Below are positions 12,101 to 23,603 of a DNA stretch of 64,000 nt, one piece after another. The notes below the pieces were generated by a model. The model was not told where the DNA came from, did not search any database, and saw only the letters and a list, made by a program, of their open reading frames with translations. Made by a program: the position numbers and the translations under genes. The DNA is from Balamuthia mandrillaris (taxonomy: Eukaryota). The stretch covers positions 1 through 64,000 of the forward strand of contig JAVKOQ020000068.1 of NCBI GenBank assembly GCA_031835245.2. The letters are read 5' to 3'. Each line of letters begins with the position of its first letter. Positions within the stretch are counted from its first letter, which is position 1.

Positions 12101-15098
12101 TTCTTGCAGCTATCTCCCTGCAAGCTCACACCCGTCGAAGACAAGCACAACAGCATCTTCAACGAATGCAAGCCATCGTCTTGCTGCAAGCACACTGGCG
12201 TGGTGCACAGTGTAGGGGGCAGTGGAAGAGAGAGCGAGAGGCAGCCCTTCTTCTACAGAACCTAGCGTGGCGCTCTATTCAGGCGCAGCGTCAGTTGAAG
12301 ACGTTGAAGTCAGTAGTTCATCTTCAGTCCGTGGCAAGAGCCAAGCAAAAACGAGCTGCCCTCGCTTGCTGCAAGAACTCTGCCATCGTTATTCAAAGCA
12401 TAGCCAGGCGAGTTCAAGCGAGAAGAGAGTTGCAACACGTTAAAGCTGTTATTACTCTTCAATCTGCCACTCGTTGCTTCTTGCAAAGAAGGCAGTACAC
12501 TAGACAGGTGGCCGAACGACTGCGAGCCACTCTCATCTTTCAATCAGTGGCGAGAACGAGAGTAACTCGTCGTGAATGGATTCAAGTCCGGAGCAGCGCT
12601 CTTACTTTGCAGTCTAGATGGAGATGTAGAAGGGAGGAACTGGCCTACACTAAGCTGAAGGCTGCGGTGCAACTGCAAGTGGCGGCACGAAGAAGGCTTG
12701 CTCATCGATCTTTCCATTTGATGGTGGCAGCAGCTACCACTTTGCAAGCCCAACTGAGGACTCACCTCTGCGTTCAGGAGAGAAAACGAACGGTGGCTGC
12801 CATTCGCATTCAGTCATGGATAAGAGGCTTCACTGCTCAACGCCATTACGAACAAGTGAGAGAAGGTGCCATTCGATTGCAGAGTGTGGCCAGAATGCGG
12901 GAAGCCAGCGTGCAGCTCCAACGAGAGAAAGCAGCTCTGCTCCTTCAATCGATGGCCAGAAGGAATGCAGCTATGCAGGAACGCAGAGAACTGGCAGCGG
13001 CGGTACGTTTGCAAGCTGCAATGCGTTGTTTCATGGAGAGACAACAGCACTTGCGCCGCATTCAGGCCGCCATTCTCCTGCAGAGCCAACTGAGAACGCT
13101 CCTCGCCAGACGGGAAAGGCAGAAGACTGTTGCTGCTCTCTGCTTACAATCGGTGCTGCGGATGAGAGAGCAACGCCGACATTATTCCTTGGTTAGAGCT
13201 AGCGCCATCCTCCTGCAATCCCAATGGAGAAGCCACTTGGCTCGAGCCTCTCTGCGCAGAACTAAAGCAGTCGTCACCATCCAATCCGCTATGCGAACTC
13301 GATCGGAGCGGAGCCGCTGGCGGCAATGCCTTGATGCCACCTCCCACATTCAAGCCGCTCTCCAAAGGAAGCACGACCGTCAGCAGTACTTGCTTGTGCA
13401 GCAGAGCGCAGCATTGCTGCAAGCCATTCATCGATGCAATGCTCAGCGGCGCCACTTTTTGGAGATCGCTGAAGCTACTGCCGTGTTGCAATGCAGCATG
13501 AGGCAGAGGCGAGAACGGGGGCGATGGGAGAAGGTACGCGAGGCGTCGTGCTTGCTACAAGCGCAAGCCAGGAAACGTTTCCTAATGGAGCAGCTGCATC
13601 GGCAGACAGAGTCGGCTTGCATCCTTCAAGCCACGATGAGAGCGCATCAACAAAGAGCAAGCTTCATCGAGACGAAGGAGAAAGCGACGCTTCTGCAGGC
13701 GACATTACGAACGAGGAGAGACAGAATGCAGCTACAACGAACGAAAGCGGCAATCACCATTCAATCGGTACTTCGCTCCAAGGCATCACTGAGGCCCATC
13801 TTCCTTGCTCAACACTCTTCTGCGATGGTTATACAAGCGGTGCAGAGGAGCAGAGAGCAGTACGCTATCTTCCACCAACAGCGTGGTGCTGCCGTCGTAC
13901 TTCAAGCCGCACTTAGAGCGAGGGCGCAGAGAAAGGAGTTTGAGTTGATGCGGCGGTGGCATTCTTCTGTGGTGGTATTGCAAGCTTCGGTGCGTGCTCG
14001 GTTGGCGCGTCGCGCATGGATCAAACGGAGGGAAGCATGTATTGCTATACAGGCTGTCGCTCGCGCTCGGGTTGCTAGAGAGCACTTGCTGCATGTGAGA
14101 CAAAGCGTTCGAACCATTCAGGTATCTTCTGTTATTCTCTCCCTCTCCCTCCCCTCCCTCTCTAACAAAAGCTTTAGGCATCAATGAGGGCATACCAAGT
14201 ACGCAAAGAAGATGGACTGGTGGCAATGCGGAGCCGCGTTGCTGAAGCCACAAAACGAGTGGGAGGTCGAGAAGGAGGTGGTCTAGAAAGCCTGCCGCTC
14301 TCCCACAGAACAAAACTAGCGCTGCGCGATCTGCTGTCATGCCAGCAACTGGGCTCCATGATAAAGGCCTGCGCTCTGTTGGAACGGTTGACCGAGCTGT
14401 CGGAGGGCTGTTGTCTGCAGCTGTGCAAGCGTGGCCTCATTCCTGTCCTCTTTGATGTGATGCACAACTATTGCAATCGGAGCAAGCCCCATCTCATCCT
14501 GTTTGAGCACGTTCTGAGTATCCTTCTTCACATGGCCAAACACCGACGCATCGCTTCCTGTGGAAATTATTGGGTGCGACGAACGCAACATCGTTCCTCC
14601 TCTTCTACGGAAGCAAGGGAAGGAGAAGAAAACGAAGACGAAGGAGAATCAAACGTAACTGTAACAGCAGCGATGATTAGCAACAGCAGCAAGACGCCAA
14701 GGAATGCTGTGCTGGTGGATCTGATGCAAGTGTATCGTCTGGATAGTGCTTCTATCTTTTGCAAGAGCGCTGACTTGTTCATCACTCTTCTGCGAGCGGG
14801 CAATCCGCATGCTCTCGCCATCTGCAGCAACGAACACCATCCACAAAGGCAGCAGCAAGCCTCTCTGGTGGGGCGGTTGCGAAGCATCGCCTCCATCCTC
14901 GAGAAGAAAGTCGCTTTGGAGAAGGAACGAGCGGCCAGAGAGAAGAAGAGGGTGATCATTTCTGGCGGTGCACCGTCCTCATCAACGCGAGTTGATAAGG
15001 ATGTTGTGGAAGCGGCGAAAGTGAAGAGCTTGGTAGGGTGTTCGCGAAAGTTGACCAAGCTTTTATCCATCATCGATAATGGTGGGGGTCGGCGATAG
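6164..15098 (+). CDS. ASPM: Abnormal spindle / ASPM homologue (ASH domain, CH domains, IQ array, ARM-like C-terminus)
   Basis: ASH-like FGQVRVGGKKSLTLKLENP; LCKWLNFVL; DLYQDMGIRQSILNLLGCYSSVWLQLAFEA; DVRDGARLCK and RMPAISRLQKIYNV; LLRWCKAVCAPHGVRVQNLSTSFSDGRVLC; about 67 IQ-like repeats; CNRSKPH in the C-terminus. The start at 6164 assumes a 4-nt first coding exon. Confidence 0.93.
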
Positions 15099-15208
15099 TG
15101 GAAGGATAGTAAGTCGTGCAACAAAGAAAATGCAGAGAGGGTTATTTGGTTTGGTTTTACAAACGTTTGTACAAAAGAATAAAAAAACGACTTTGTTTAA
15201 AGAAAACG

Positions 15209-15829
15209 TTAACAACTGCAATTAGAGGAGGAACCTGGTTGGCCTCCAGCCGCAGCTCCCAGCTCCAATGGAGGAGCGGAGGGCGTCAAGTTTACCAGTG
15301 CAGGTACACTTCGTGTCCTTTGTAAAAAGTCCTGTTGTTCATTGTTGTGTTACAAAAAAAAAATGTAAAGACGAAACTAAACAAAAATAAAAAGAAAGAA
15401 TACCTCAGCAACAGTTTGAAAAAGTTCGTCCACGTTCTGTCCTGTTCGTGCGGAGGTTTCAAACAAACGAGCGCCAATGTTGGAAGCGTATTCTTTGACG
15501 GCTTCCGGCCGCACTTTTCTGGTTTCTGATCCATCCTCAATGCAATCCACTGATAGACGAAAGAAACACACATTCGTCGGTCAAAGAAGAAGGAAACAAA
15601 AGAATTCTACACGAAAAAAACAAAACAAAGGAGATAAAACCGAACATTTGGTTCCAACTATATAGAGTGCACAGTCTTTCTCGTTGGCGATGAGCTCATT
15701 GACCCAGAACCTCACCTTGGCCCAAGTGTCTCCTTTTGTCAAGTCTTTTTATTTTTTGTTTGTTTGGTGGTAATAAGCAACAATAGCGAGTCGTTCATTC
15801 AAAGGAGAGAGAACGAGAGAAGCCGATGG

Positions 15830-15868
<39 letters not shown>

Positions 15869-16396
15869 ACCAAAGCACACAAGAGCAGCTCTAGCGCCAC
15901 GATAGTAAATGCGACTCATGCTCTCATAACGTTCTACATTCGTTCGTGTGTTTTAAATTGGGTTCAAGAAGAACAAAAGAAAGAAAAGAAACGACAAGAG
16001 AGAAGAAGTCGGAAGTAAGAAGGGAAAAAATATGGAAGAACAGTCTCACCAGCACCAGCAGTGTCCTTTGGTGCGTGTTTGTTTTTGTTTAAAGCAATGG
16101 AATAAGCACAAAATAAGAAGGAATAATAGAATAAAACAAATCCAAGGTTACCCATATGCCCAAAGTCAACTCCTCCTCTCCAACCGAAACTTTCTTTGCC
16201 CCAAACGCAGCACCCACAGTCTGAAACAAAAAATAATAAGAGCTCTTCATCTTACTATTATTTTAATTTTTTTGGGGTTCATACGTACGGCAGTAACGTC
16301 CTCTGTAAATCTGCCATGCAAATATCTGTCCACGAGACATGTCTTGCCGACGTTATGCATTCCCAGCAGCACTACCTTGGCGTCCACTTTGGCCAT
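15209..16396 (-). CDS. RAB24: Rab GTPase, Rab24 subfamily, multi-exon
   Basis: Spliced peptide VDAKVVLLGMHNVGKTCLVDRYLHGRF...VGAAFGAK...[26 protein letters not shown]...FWVNEL...FETSARTGQNVDELF...NCSC* (CXC prenylation end). Confidence 0.88.
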
Positions 16397-16682
16397 TTTT
16401 TTCCCCCTTGTCGTTCGTTATCGCTTGTTCTTCTCTCAAACCTTTTCTTTCTTCGATCTTCCTCGTTCTCTTTTTTTGTCTTACGCGGGATTTTTCGTCG
16501 ACAACTCAATGACGACCTGAAATATTTTGTCGACAACAAAAAGAATCTCCCTGTCGACAGAATCACGTGTCGACGCGATCATACTTTGGCTATTAGGCTA
16601 GTTCATTTTCTTCGAGGTTGAAAAACGAATACATAGAACAAAAAAAAAGTAGCGGAGAGAAATCATCTTTGGAGCAGAATCG

Positions 16683-17978
16683 ATGATGAGAGCCACCGAG
16701 AGCCTTCGACGTCTCTCCACCCCAACGAGGTTTGTATGCATATATTTTTTTGATTATGTTATGCTCCGTTAGTATTTGGTGATGCTCATCATCGAAACTT
16801 ATTTTTGTTTCGATGATAGCGGAGTGCTGCCCGGCAGATTGTACCGAGCGAACCTGCTGAGCGGTGGCGGCTATTCTCTCTCGCCCTGCTCCGCCACCAG
16901 TTTGTTATGGCCCAGCGTACTTCTCTCTCTCTCTCTCTCTTTCTTTGCTTAAGGACAAAAAAAACTTGACTCATTTCTGGTGCACCTGTAGAGCGGCTCC
17001 CTGCTGATGGCCCAACAACGAACGCTCAAGAAAAAAATGGAGGTGGTGCTCACGCAGGACTCCCCGCAGCACGGCGTTCAGGGTGAGGTCCTCTCCGTGG
17101 CCAGGGGCTATGCTCGCAACTACCTCTTCCAAAGGGACCTAGCTATCTACGCCACCCCGGAAAACAAGAAGAAATATGCCGTTTCTACTTCGGTAAGGAG
17201 ACGGCACTCTCTCATATCATAACTATGCTTACCCTTGCGCTTTTTCATTCTTGCCTTCTCTCCTTCTGCTCTCTTGTTCTCGTTCTCTCTCTCCTCTCTC
17301 TTCTCTCTCTTCTCTTCTCTTCTCTTCTCTTCTCTCTCTTCTCTTCTCTTCTCTCTCTTCTCTTCTCTTCTCTTCTCTTCTCTTCTCTTCTCTTCTCTTC
17401 TCTTCTCTTCTCTTCTCTTCTCTTCTCTTCTCTTCTCTTCTCTTCTCTTCTCTTCTCTTCTCTTCTCTTCTCTTCTCTTCTCTTCTCTTCTCTTCTCTTC
17501 TCTTCTCTTCTCTTCTCTTCTCTTCTCTTCTCTTCTCTTCTCTTCTCTTCTCTTCTCTTCTCTTCTCTCTTCTTCTCTTCTCTTCTCTTCTCTTCTCTTC
17601 TCTTCTCTTCATCGTTCTCTTCTCTTCTCTTCTCTCTTCTCTCTTCTCTCTTCTCTCTTCTCTCTTCTCTGGTTTCTCACGCAGCGCACCAACATGGCCG
17701 AAAAAGAACGCAAGAAGAAAATGATGGGATCGATGAAGCGCCTCACCAAACTCACCGTGCAAGTCAAACGCCACTTGGTGCGCGCCGCGCCGGAGACCCT
17801 CCACTCGCCCGTTACCCCGCAAGTCATCATCGAAAAGCTGCGGAAGCAGCACAGCATCCAGCTGCGCGAAGAGGACTTGCAGCTGCCCGAGCCCATCACG
17901 CGCCTTGGGATTCACATGGTGCCTGTTCAGGTGCAGGATACCACTGTGGAGCTTCGCGTTGCTGTTCAGCGGCGGTGA
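16683..17978 (+). CDS. MRPL9: Mitochondrial ribosomal protein L9 (bL9m)
   Basis: EVVLTQDSPQHGVQGEVLSVARGYARNYLF is the L9 N-domain signature; LPEPITRLGIHMVPV in the C-domain; Arg/Ser-rich leader exons resemble a targeting peptide (start less certain). Confidence 0.85.
17290..17670 (+). repeat. (CTCTT)n pentanucleotide array in an MRPL9 intron
   Basis: About 380 nt of CTCTT-derived sequence with a long pure core; it generates the spurious FSSLL/EKRRE ORFs. Confidence 0.95.
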
Positions 17979-18150
17979 ACGAGAGACATTGAACGGAATG
18001 GAGTTGCGTGGACTGAATAGATGTTGAAGGAGAAAGAAAAGGAAAGGTGAACAAGTATGTTTTGTTGGGGCTCTGATCTTTCTTTTTTCTTTTTTCTTTT
18101 TTCTTTTTCATTCTTCTATCTGATGAAACAGTGGTAAAAGATGGAAACAA

Positions 18151-18710
18151 CTATTTGGAGCACATGGCGGAGAGCATCAGTTCCTGGACGAAGGCGCTGT
18201 GCTCTTTCCGTTCCTTGTACCACCGCCTAAGTTGTTGCTGAGTGGCCCCTTCTCCCTCTCCTCTTGTCTTGCCGTAACTGTTGTTGTTTTGTTAGTTGTG
18301 AGTTTACTTATCGAGAGAGAGAGCGAGAGAAGAGAAGCGCGGAGAGAAGAATGGACCGAAAGAAGCATCAGCGAACGAGAAGAGAGAATGAAAGAAGAGA
18401 AGAGAACGACCTGAGAGCAAGACTTCGGTTGAGGAAGGACTGGTGAGAGCGATGCTTTGGTGAGGTGATGGAAGAGCTCGATGTGTGCCGCAGCGTGTTG
18501 TGGTGGTGAGAGAATGGCGAATGGCTGCCGTCTACCATCCGTTTGGACTCGCCGCCGCTTCTGCTGCTGGTGCGTGACCGGTGACCCCCTCTTCCTCCTC
18601 TGCTGGATCTGCGGCCTCTTCTTGCTCCCTCTTGCTGTCCTGCCAAGTGAGGGAGATGAACGTTAAGGAAGAAAAGTAGTTCGAGAGACCGCGAAAAAAG
18701 AGGGGGCGAC

Positions 18711-18759
<49 letters not shown>

Positions 18760-19251
18760 GGGAAAAGAAGGTTGGAGGAGAACGCGAAGGAGAACGTGAT
18801 GAAAAGCGTTTGATAAAAAGGATATGTGAGACAGGAGGGAAGGATCCGCTTGTTGCATGTGACGAAGTTCAAGGTGGGCATGAAAGTCTTGGCTGGTGAT
18901 CACCGTCATCATATAGAGGAACAAAGGGAGGAGGAGGATGAACGTGAAAAACTGGAAACAAAAAACGAAAATGAAATGAACACGAAAACAAAGAATGTAC
19001 CTTTTGTAGTTTGGGTCTCCACCCGGTCTGCTTGCTGCAATCGGAGGAAAAAACGAAAGGAAACAAGAAAGAAGAAAGAAGATAACAGAAAGAAGCAAAA
19101 GAAGGAAGAAGGAAGAAGGAAGAAGGAGGAGGAGGAGGAGGAGGAGAAGAAGAAGAAACAGAAGGACAAGGACAAGAACAAGAACAAACAGAAGAAACAG
19201 AAGAGATGGAAGCACAAGATAAAAGCAGTAAGCAAGAAGAGCAAGAACAAG

Positions 19252-19294
<43 letters not shown>

Positions 19295-19860
19295 AACAAT
19301 ACCACAAACGGGACAAACGACGGGGTGGGTCTCCTCAGCGTGGGCCAGGAAGACGTGCTGGGCCAGGTTGCTCTCCGTCAGGCCGCCGGCAAAGCAATAG
19401 GGGCAGGTGAACGTCACCAAGGCCGAAGCCAGGGTGGGAGAGAAGCCCGGCGGAGGCATGCCAAAGAGACCGCCGCCGCCGGAAGAAGGAGGCGGCGCCA
19501 GCGACTCGAAGGCGAAAGAGAAGAGCCCGCCGCCGCCTCTTCCTGCTCCTGTTGCAGCGACAGGTGGGGAGCGACGGTGGCGACGGGAGGGTGTATCGAG
19601 CTCTTCTTCTTCTTCTTCTTCTTCCACTTCTTCGTCGTCTTCTATCTCTTCTTCCTCCTCTTCCTCTTCTACGACCTGTTCTTCTTCCACTGCTTCCGCC
19701 CAACTATCTTTTTTGTTGTTGTTGTTGAAAAAAAAAAAAAACAAAATTCGAATCGATGAAATGAAATGTGTCGTTTTTTTTTTTGGGTGAGATGATGGTT
19801 CGAAGAAAGTGGAAAGAAGAAAAAGTGCAACAACGAACCTGACGCTACGGTGAAATCCAT
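18151..19860 (-). CDS. Di19-family C2H2 zinc-finger protein (KCMF1-like zf-Di19 plus C-terminal motif)
   Basis: FTCPYCFAGGLTESNLAQHVFLAHAEETHPVVCPVC/ASRPGGDPNY...QDFHAHLELRH; C-terminal SAFVQELMLSAMCSK* (stop at 18151-18153). Confidence 0.8.
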
Positions 19861-20142
19861 GGCTTTGTGGTGGTGGTGGTTTGTTTACGATCGAATCAAT
19901 CGATGCACGTCGGGACGTTTTATTTATTTTATTCTCTTGCGCAATTATTTTTTTGTTTGGGGTTGATTATGTGTCGACCATTCTCATGTCGACATTGACC
20001 ATTTGGTTGAAAGTAATCAGAAATATGGCAGAAAAGATCTTGAAAATCGGAATTTCACCACCAAAAAAAGTGACGACAAAAAAAAAGAGAGTGGGAAGAG
20101 AGAAGAAGGATCGAAAAGAAGAGAGAGAGTGAAACGGAAAGG

Positions 20143-20312
20143 ATGAGCGCCTCTTCTTCTGCGACAGCGACGAGTGGTGGCGCGTTGAAGGCGCTCATTG
20201 CCCCTTCTTTGTTGTCCGGAGATTTTGCAAAGTTGGGCGAGGAGGCCCGAGCCCTCAAGGAGGCTGGCGCTGACTGGCTTCACATGGACGTAATGGACGG
20301 GTGCGTTTCTCA

Positions 20313-20349
<37 letters not shown>

Positions 20350-21121
20350 CTTCTTACACTTTTTTTAAAAAGTCACTTTGTGCCCAACTTGACCATCGGG
20401 GCGCCAGTGATAGCCGCCCTCCGCAAGCACACCGACATGTTCCTGGACTGCCACCTTATGGTGACCAACCCTGAGAAGTGGCTGGAGGACTTTAGCAAAG
20501 CCGGCGCCAACTCCATCAGTTTTCACATCGAAGCCGTTGGTACGTTGGTTATTCTTCGTGCTTCTTTGTTCTTCTAGTTCTCCTTCTCCTTTCTCCTTTC
20601 TCCTTCTCGTCCTCTTGTCATTTCTTCTTCTTCTTCTTCTTCTTCTTCTTCTTCTTCTTCTTCTTCTTCTTCTTCTTCTTCTTCTTCTTCTTCTCATTGT
20701 ATTTCTCTTGTTGTCGCTCATTCAACCAGACGATGCCAACGCGTTGATTGACCGGATCCACGAGCTAGGCATGAAGGCCAGCATCGCCGTCAAGCCCCAC
20801 ACCGACCTCCAGGAGAAGGTCCTGCCTCTCGCCAAGAGCGGCAAGTTGGACATGGTGCTGATCATGACGGTGGAGCCCGGCTTTGGCGGCCAGGAGTTCA
20901 TGGCCGACATGATGCCCAAAGTAAGGGTCTTGAGGGAAGCCTGTCCGGGGCTCAACATCCAGGTGGACGGCGGCATCAACGTGGAGACCATCGAGGAAGC
21001 AGCACGAGCGGGAGCCAACGTCATTGTCTCGGGCTCTGGCGTGTTCAAGCATGCTCAGGGAAGAGCTCGCGCCATCGCTGCTCTGCGTGAAGCCGTGGAA
21101 TGTTCTATCCAACAGAAGTAA
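20143..21121 (+). CDS. RPE: Ribulose-phosphate 3-epimerase
   Basis: [66 protein letters not shown]; two introns. Confidence 0.97.
20623..20693 (+). repeat. (CTT)n trinucleotide array in RPE intron 2
   Basis: Uninterrupted CTT run of about 70 nt. Confidence 0.95.
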
Positions 21122-21379
21122 AAGTAGCTGAATTAGCAACATGGTTTGTTTTCTTCTTTTTTGTTTCTTTTTGTTGCAGGCATTCATCCTGACGGGAGAG
21201 CCCATGCTTGCCTCCTCTTTGCCCACATGTGACGAACTCGTGATTTGAAAAGTTAGTCTCAGGTTCGTTTTATACGGTACGTTACACCAGGTCATGAGAT
21301 CCCACCACACCCCAAACTCAACCCATATGCTCAAAAAACAAAAAAACAATTGCAGGGCGTGAAAAAGCCAGATATTTAT

Positions 21380-21784
21380 TCAGTGGTAACACTGGTGCTT
21401 CTTTGTAAAAGAGTCTGGCCTGCCTGCCACACAGGAAGGACAAAGAGTCCTCCAATTAATGGCATGGGCGCTCAGGAGGTGCTCGACAAAGCGAACCGTC
21501 CGCGGGAAACGTCTGGTGCAAAAATTGCATTCCCAACAGCTGTCACTTAGTCTCATCCGAAACGGATATCCAGTGCAACGAGGATGTCGTCTGCGGCGGA
21601 TTACAGGAACAGGTCCCCTGGCAGCAGGGGTAGTACTGGCTGGCGGTCCTGGGGCTGGTGGTGTGGGTAAGGGTCCATGCGAACCTGAAGTACCATGGAT
21701 AGGTAGAGGACCAGCAGGTGTTGTTGCAAGAGATGATCCTTGCATAATGAAGAGTGTTAGGGTGTTACTTGTAGGAGCAGACAT
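21380..21784 (-). CDS. Orphan intronless protein with a Pro-rich N-half and a C2H2-type zinc finger
   Basis: 134-aa ORF containing WECNFCTRRFPRTVRFVEHLLSAH (Cx2C-x12-H-x4-H) followed by CPSC...HQC; TATAAATA on the minus strand at about 21862-21869. Confidence 0.6.
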   Translation of the reverse strand: MSAPTSNTLTLFIMQGSSLATTPAGPLPIHGTSGSHGPLPTPPAPGPPASTTPAARGPVPVIRRRRHPRCTGYPFRMRLSDSCWECNFCTRRFPRTVRFVEHLLSAHAINWRTLCPSCVAGRPDSFTKKHQCYH

Positions 21785-22341
21785 GATTGTATTTGCCGAG
21801 TATTGTTAATGTGTTGTTTACTTGTTTAGTGCCTCTGATAAAGAATGAAGCCACTAGCTCAATATTTATAGGCTTCTTTGCTTTGGCCGAGGGTTCGTAG
21901 TCTCCGCCAAAGCCAGTGCACCCTTCCCCCCCTGGCGTCCACCCATTCTTCATCATCTCCTTCTCATTCTTATCTCCTGATTCACATCATCCTCTCCTTG
22001 TTGCTGATGTGTGTACCTGCATCATCTCCCTCTATTCATCATCTTCCTCATCACTCTCAACATACTCCTCTTCTCCTTCAAAAAAAGGGTATGTCTCCCC
22101 CTGGTGAGAAAGGACAGGTAGAAACTCTAAGAGGTGAACAACATCAAGGGAGACAATGATGAGAAGGGACATGTCTTCAACTTTCTTTAATGATTACAAC
22201 ATTCAAAGCAACAACAATTGGTTACTTGGCGATTTTTGTTATGTATTAAAGTTATGAAGGCCAACAACCATGATAGTGATGAAAGCGGATATAAACATAC
22301 AAGATAACTTGTAGGCGGGGCAATTAATTTTAATTCAACAT

Positions 22342-23454
22342 TTATTTCTTGTGATTAAGTAACCCTTTATGTCCTGTAATCCCCTTTGACGTCCTGTTAT
22401 CACCATCTGTATCATTTTCCTCATCATCATCCTGTACATCCTCATCTCCCTCCTCCTCCACATCATCTCCCTCATCTGCTGGTGCATACAACCAATACTT
22501 TTGTTCCTCAGGATCCTTTGCAAGAACCTCCCTGATCAACCCGATTCTGGCCATCAACGAACTGGATGGTACATTTAAGTACTGCAAACGTCTGTATTTG
22601 CCAAGATCAGCCCAAAGTTGTTGCAGCTTTCGTATGTAGCTCTTTGAAAAAGACAAGTGTTGCTCTGCAAATAGCTCCCAGTTTTTTTGGACCTTTGCTC
22701 GCAGTCTGGTAAGCTCTAATCCCATCGCAAAACAAAGGCGAATTTTTTGAGAATGGATTCGGTTGAACAGTTGGCGATGTTGACCCAAGCGTTGAAGAAT
22801 TTCATCCTCGTTAACCTCTTCCTCTATTTCCTCATCAAATATCACCTCCATTCCTACCTCAGCAAAGTCCATCGTCTGATACTCCTCCTCCTTCATGCGC
22901 CACATTCGAAGGAATTGGGCAGTAACATTTAGTTTTTGTTCTCTTTCTGCATCCAACTTCGCCACTCTTTGCAGTTTGTTCTTATTTTTTTGAGTTGTTT
23001 GAGTTGTTTTCTTTCTTTTTTTCATCCGTTTCGTTGGCGAAGGCTCGCTGTCCTCTGCTGTTCATATTAATTTTGTCATTAATTAGTAATGGAAACGATT
23101 CTGCAGAATCGGTCCAACGAAAAGTAACTTACTTTCACTGTGCTCACTCTCTGGGTCGTCTTCTTCTGTAGCACTTTCTTCTTGTTCACTCTCAATATCA
23201 TATTGTTCGCCGTCAAACAAGCTGCTCTTAACGGTGAACGCTGTGGGACTCATTGTGCTCTCAGTACCGTTTTTGAAGTATTGGAAAAAACTGGACCATA
23301 CAGCGATGGGAAAGGTTTTTGCCTCCTTCTTTAGCCGATCGATTGCTTCTTGCACATCGTTAGCACCATTCAGAAGGGTTTCAAAATAAAGTATAAGACA
23401 CGAAAGTCCTGCTTTGTCCTGCTCGCTGAGCAAACGGTGGGTGGGGCAGTCCAT
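22342..23454 (-). CDS. Orphan two-exon protein with acidic tracts, an NLS-like segment and a helical C-terminal domain
   Basis: ORFs 23083-23454 and 22342-23025 join in frame across a GTAAGT...CTAAT...CAG intron at 23132-23058 (EHSE-T-EDSEPSPTKRMKKRKK). Confidence 0.7.
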
Positions 23455-23603
23455 GTTTTAGTCGCTTCTTTAAAAAATCAAATGGTTGCTCGGTTTCTGT
23501 CGACAAACAGTCAAGAAAATGAGTAATAATATTTTTTCTGTGAAAGTGGTTGTCCTCCTATTTGATTTTAGCAAATGTGCATTCGTCGAGTTTGTTATTG
23601 TTT

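Noticed and set aside
10090..13916. Many overlapping alternative-frame and antisense ORFs within the ASPM IQ exon
   Set aside because: They are shadows of a repetitive coding frame with no recognisable motifs.
17225..17992. Long ORFs made of FSSLL or EKRRE repeats, and similar ones at 33142-33627, 39229-40004 and 56593-57140
   Set aside because: They are translations of stop-free intronic microsatellites.
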